A program made the translations under genes and the position numbers. Positions 60,339 to 64,000 of a stretch of 64,000 nucleotides of DNA are shown piece by piece. The DNA comes from an uncultured Candidatus Saccharibacteria bacterium. Lineage in GTDB: Bacteria; Patescibacteriota; Minisyncoccia; Phycocordibacterales; UBA2100. Position 1 is the stretch's first letter. Each line of letters begins with the position of its first letter. The notes under the pieces are model-generated. The model saw only the letters and a list, made by a program, of their open reading frames with translations. It was not told where the DNA came from and did not search any database. The stretch lies in NCBI GenBank assembly GCA_964623775.1, contig CAZUVH010000006.1, positions 4,256 through 68,255 on the forward strand, in the 5' to 3' direction.

Positions 60339-62186
60339 ATGTGCGGCATCTTTGCATACACAGGGAATAACGGCAAAGAGGCACGCGACGTGCTCCTCGA
60401 AGGCCTCCTTTCACTCGAATATCGAGGTTACGATTCTGCGGGAATCTATGTACCGGAAAGTGGTTTTATCAAAACGCCCGGAGCTGTGGCGGCCTTGCGG
60501 GCAAAAGTCCCCAAGGTCTTCAAAGGCAAGAGTGGCATCTCTCATTTGCGCTGGGCGACACATGGAGAGCCGACAGCAAAAAATGCCCATCCGCATTCCG
60601 ACTGCACCGGGGAGATTTGGGTCGTGCACAATGGCATCATCGAGAATTTCAAGGAGTTGAAAGCAAAACTAGAAATGAAGGGGCACACGATCGTCTCGGA
60701 TTCAGATACGGAAATCCTCGCGCACCTGGTCGAGGAGCACATGAAATCCGCCCGAGGCGGATCGGCCTTGGGCCGAAATTTTGAAAAAGCAGCAGTCGCA
60801 GCGTTGAAGGAAATTCGCGGCACGTACGGTATTGCGTTGCAGTGGAAACGTGAACCGGACAAAATCATCGCCGCACGCATGGGCTCGCCGATTGTACTGG
60901 GCCTCGGGAAGGGTGAGCACTTCGTGGCTTCCGACCCTTCTCCGATTTTGCCGCACACACGGACGGTACTTTTCCTCGAAGACGGAGAAGTGGCCGTGAT
61001 ATCGCCCACGGAACACAAGGTGTTCAAGCTTGCGGGGGCGAGTGTTCGTCGCAAAGCGACCGAGATCGAATGGAATGCCGAGGAAGCGCAAAAGGGTGGC
61101 TACGATCATTTCATGCTCAAAGAGATCATGGAAGGTCCGGAAGTGATCCGCAATACACTGCGCGGACGCCTTTTGCCGGAAAAAGGAATGGCGAAGCTCG
61201 GCGGACTCGAGAGTGTCGCCAAAAAGTTGGAGCGCATCAATCGCATTATTATCGTCGGTTGCGGCACTGCGTATTACGCAGGATTGATCGGCGAGTACAT
61301 GATCGAAGAACACACGGGCATCCCTGTCGAGGTGGAGCTTGGCAGCGAATTTCGCTATCGCAAGCCGGTCATCAACGATCGCACGATCGTGCTTGCGATC
61401 TCGCAATCAGGTGAGACGGCCGATACGCTTGAGGCGATCCGAGAAGGGAAGCGCCGTGGCGCGCTTACACTCGGTATTTGTAATACAGTTGGCAGTACGA
61501 TCGCTCGTGAGACGGATGCAGGCGTCTACAATCACGCGGGGCCTGAGATCGGTGTTGCCTCCACGAAAGCTTTTGTATCACAGCTCACAGCGCTTGCGCT
61601 CCTCACTCTTTTCCTCGGGAGGCAGCGTGATATGTCGGTCGCGGAGGGGAGAGACATTGCGCGCGAGCTCGAATTGCTGCCAAAGAAAGTGGAAAAGATT
61701 CTTGAGAATCGAAAAGCGATAGAAAAAATCGCAAAGAAATATGCGAAGAGCCGCGACTTCCTTTTCATGGGCCGCAAATACAATTACCCGATCGCATTCG
61801 AGGGCGCGCTCAAGCTTAAAGAGGTTTCGTATATTCACGCCGAAGGCGTTGGGGCGGGGGAGATGAAGCACGGGCCCCTCGCTATGATCGACGAGCACTT
61901 CCCGACAGTCGCAATCGTGCCCGCCGACAGCATGTACGACAAAATGCTCTCCAATGTAGAGCAGATCAAGGCACGTAGAGGGCCCCTCGTCGCGATCGCT
62001 ACCGAGGGCGACACCGAGGTCACCAAACTCGCGGACGATGTGATCCATGTGCCGAAGACCATTGAGATGCTGAGTCCCATCCTCAACATCATCCCACTCC
62101 AGCTTTTCGCGTACTCAGTCGCCAATTCAAAGGGCCTCAACGTCGATCGTCCGAGAAATTTAGCGAAGTCTGTAACTGTTGAATAG
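60339..62186 (+). CDS. glmS: Glutamine--fructose-6-phosphate aminotransferase
   Basis: MCGIF, EYRGYDSAG, HLRWATHG, SQSGETADT, PRNLAKSVTVE. Confidence 0.98.
   Translation: MCGIFAYTGNNGKEARDVLLEGLLSLEYRGYDSAGIYVPESGFIKTPGAVAALRAKVPKVFKGKSGISHLRWATHGEPTAKNAHPHSDCTGEIWVVHNGIIENFKELKAKLEMKGHTIVSDSDTEILAHLVEEHMKSARGGSALGRNFEKAAVAALKEIRGTYGIALQWKREPDKIIAARMGSPIVLGLGKGEHFVASDPSPILPHTRTVLFLEDGEVAVISPTEHKVFKLAGASVRRKATEIEWNAEEAQKGGYDHFMLKEIMEGPEVIRNTLRGRLLPEKGMAKLGGLESVAKKLERINRIIIVGCGTAYYAGLIGEYMIEEHTGIPVEVELGSEFRYRKPVINDRTIVLAISQSGETADTLEAIREGKRRGALTLGICNTVGSTIARETDAGVYNHAGPEIGVASTKAFVSQLTALALLTLFLGRQRDMSVAEGRDIARELELLPKKVEKILENRKAIEKIAKKYAKSRDFLFMGRKYNYPIAFEGALKLKEVSYIHAEGVGAGEMKHGPLAMIDEHFPTVAIVPADSMYDKMLSNVEQIKARRGPLVAIATEGDTEVTKLADDVIHVPKTIEMLSPILNIIPLQLFAYSVANSKGLNVDRPRNLAKSVTVE
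60747..60778. repeat. In-frame double-hairpin palindromic insertion in glmS (SARGGSALGR)
   Basis: 31/32 identical to 12149-12180. Confidence 0.85.
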
Positions 62187-62329
62187 GTTTCGGCAAAGTA
62201 CGCAATCTCGCTTGCACGTCCGTAGCCGTGGACGGAGGAGGGCGAAGTCGGTAACCGTGGAATAATTGACGTCGTTCACTGCGTACTGTAAATTGCCGAC
62301 TGGTCTAAATTGCAAATGGGAGAACAGGC

Positions 62330-62920
62330 GTGAGTGGTATCGAACTTTTAAAGCAGCCGGTGACGGAGCGCGAATACTTCGATGTTATCGAGGGACTGGG
62401 CGCCATGATACACAGCACCAATCGCGGCATCATAAAAGGGCATATCAAAGACAGTCTCGGGGCAAGTTCCGAAGTCGCCGAAATGGCTGCGTTGCAGAGG
62501 CGGATGGCCGACGAGCTTGAAACGAAATTCGGCGTTCTTCATGTCAGTAAGACGCCGACGAAGAACGCTGACGGCACGTATCCGCCACCGCCCGAAGGAA
62601 AACAATGGTACTGGTCGTGGTATAAGCAGATGAAAGAGCAGTGGCTTCGCGAAGAGTATGAGGGGGAAATTTGTTCCGTGTGCCCCTTCAGTTCCGGTTT
62701 CAGTGCAAGTTTCACCAATCGGGTTCCATGCACGGCCATTCAGGGATATATGTCGAGACTCATGAGAGCAGATATGTGCGGCATGGTCTCGTTCAATTAC
62801 TGGTCGCAGGAAGTTCTCATTGAGAAAATCCGAGCAAATGGCGGCGACGAAGCCGTGGAAAAATTTGAGAAGAAGCGGACCGAGATCGCTGCGCGTCTTA
62901 ACGCAAAAACCACTGCGTGA
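62330..62920 (+). CDS. Hypothetical protein
   Basis: GGGAG SD, GTG start, CxxC plus two further Cys. Confidence 0.65.
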   Translation: MSGIELLKQPVTEREYFDVIEGLGAMIHSTNRGIIKGHIKDSLGASSEVAEMAALQRRMADELETKFGVLHVSKTPTKNADGTYPPPPEGKQWYWSWYKQMKEQWLREEYEGEICSVCPFSSGFSASFTNRVPCTAIQGYMSRLMRADMCGMVSFNYWSQEVLIEKIRANGGDEAVEKFEKKRTEIAARLNAKTTA

Positions 62921-63028
62921 TCTTTGCAAAAGGCCGTCCACAATGGGGCGGCCCACTCTCTTTCAAGAGTTCCTTGACTTACCTTGTCCTCAGGTGCAAT
63001 GTGGGGTCCGGCAACAAAGGAGATTAAA

Positions 63029-63235
63029 ATGTCGCAGTTCATCATGCAGATCAGGGACGATCAGGAGCTTCAGGTCCTGATGGAATTTTTCGGCACTCGC
63101 AGCAAGGCCGCGGCTATTCGCTCGGCTCTTCAGCTTGCGGTGCATGTCACACGTTCTGCGGGCAGCGCCAAAGACAAGGTCATCGTCAAAGATCTGAATA
63201 GAGGCGGATACGCGCAAATCAAATTTTCCCGCTGA
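63029..63235 (+). CDS. Small putative ribbon-helix-helix DNA-binding protein
   Basis: AAGGAG SD; beta-helix-helix pattern, SKAAAIRSAL; terminator at 63252-63278. Confidence 0.55.
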   Translation: MSQFIMQIRDDQELQVLMEFFGTRSKAAAIRSALQLAVHVTRSAGSAKDKVIVKDLNRGGYAQIKFSR

Positions 63236-63283
63236 TCGTTAAAATGTAACTGCTGACCTGTTGGTCAGCGGTTTTTTTGTTGA

Positions 63284-63946
63284 TCACTTGTTAATTTTTG
63301 ATTCGAATTCTCCCACAAGACGCATGACATCGGTCATTGAGTCGGCGTACACATCTGCCCCTACTTGCTGGTAGCCTTGCGGTATGTGGCCGCGGAAACC
63401 GATCGTGTATGCGCCGGAATCTTTCGCGGCACGAAGACCGGCGTTCGAGTCCTCAAGGATCATCGAGGTGGTCGGACCTGCGCCAAGTACCTCCATCGCT
63501 TTTTTATATCCATCGGGGGAGGGCTTACCCCGCAAAAAAGGATGCTGATCCAATGAGAGCACGATCCCAAACTGATCGCGGAAAGAAATTTTTGCGAGCG
63601 TCAGATCTATCCATTTTTGTGGCGACATCGATACAAGGCCGATCTTAAAATCATGTTTGAGCAGGTAGCCTCCCAATTCCTCGACTCCGTCGGTGATAGG
63701 GGAATTTGCATAGACATCCGCAGACTCCCGTTCATAGGCTTCGATGAATTCATCTCGCGAGATCGTGGCGCCCAAGTGAACGGCGCTATCGTAGAAGTCA
63801 TGGAGACTTAAGCCCAGCGAACTCCCGATCTGACGCGCGATCGTTTCTCCAAAGAGTTGCGGCAGAACGCGACGTTCTATCGGCGCCCAATTCGACTCAC
63901 TGTCGATAAGTACTCCGTCCATGTCGAAGACGAACGCCTTGTTCAT
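63284..63946 (-). CDS. HAD-family phosphatase
   Basis: FDMDGVLIDSE, GKPSPDGY, LEDSNAG. Confidence 0.92.
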   Translation of the reverse strand: MNKAFVFDMDGVLIDSESNWAPIERRVLPQLFGETIARQIGSSLGLSLHDFYDSAVHLGATISRDEFIEAYERESADVYANSPITDGVEELGGYLLKHDFKIGLVSMSPQKWIDLTLAKISFRDQFGIVLSLDQHPFLRGKPSPDGYKKAMEVLGAGPTTSMILEDSNAGLRAAKDSGAYTIGFRGHIPQGYQQVGADVYADSMTDVMRLVGEFESKINK

Positions 63947-64000
63947 CTTTTGATGATACCTTAGATTCACCCGTATAGAGCCATGAAATGTGTTTTAGGC

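Noticed and set aside
62187-62255. Possible REP-like element after glmS (gtccgtagccgtggac..gagggcgaag)
   Set aside because: Single copy in this window with weak pairing; cannot be supported

Overview
Chromosomal fragment that looks like a Patescibacteria (CPR, Parcubacteria-like) genome, inferred from gene content, the many type IV pilins and the pervasive leaderless -10/ATG architecture. Core genes: type IV pilus operon (pilT, pilC, pilins, prepilin peptidase), ligA-gatC-gatA, pepF, prfB, ftsEX, pyrG, tgt, a DEAD-box helicase, typA, msrB and glmS. There are six tRNA genes, two of them split by group I introns (Asp-GUC at 35/36, Thr-GGU at 36/37). Free-standing LAGLIDADG, HNH and GIY-YIG nuclease genes abut four of the tRNAs. 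A complete diversity-generating retroelement lies at ~50.3-53 kb (target VR, TR, antisense avd, RT), with a second remote target at 45.1 kb. Most striking observations: (1) one G10 tract in the head-to-head overlap of avd and rt frameshifts both genes, and the same length change (G11 or G8) repairs both; (2) both DGR target genes share a covarying structured leader with a boxA-like motif and an identically placed 3' hairpin; (3) a family of tRNA-flanking elements pairs a structured core with an inverted and a direct copy of the end of the particular tRNA it sits next to; (4) short palindromic elements are inserted in frame into gatA, glmS and pilin leader peptides. All calls are by eye from the sequence and ORF track; no database searches were run.
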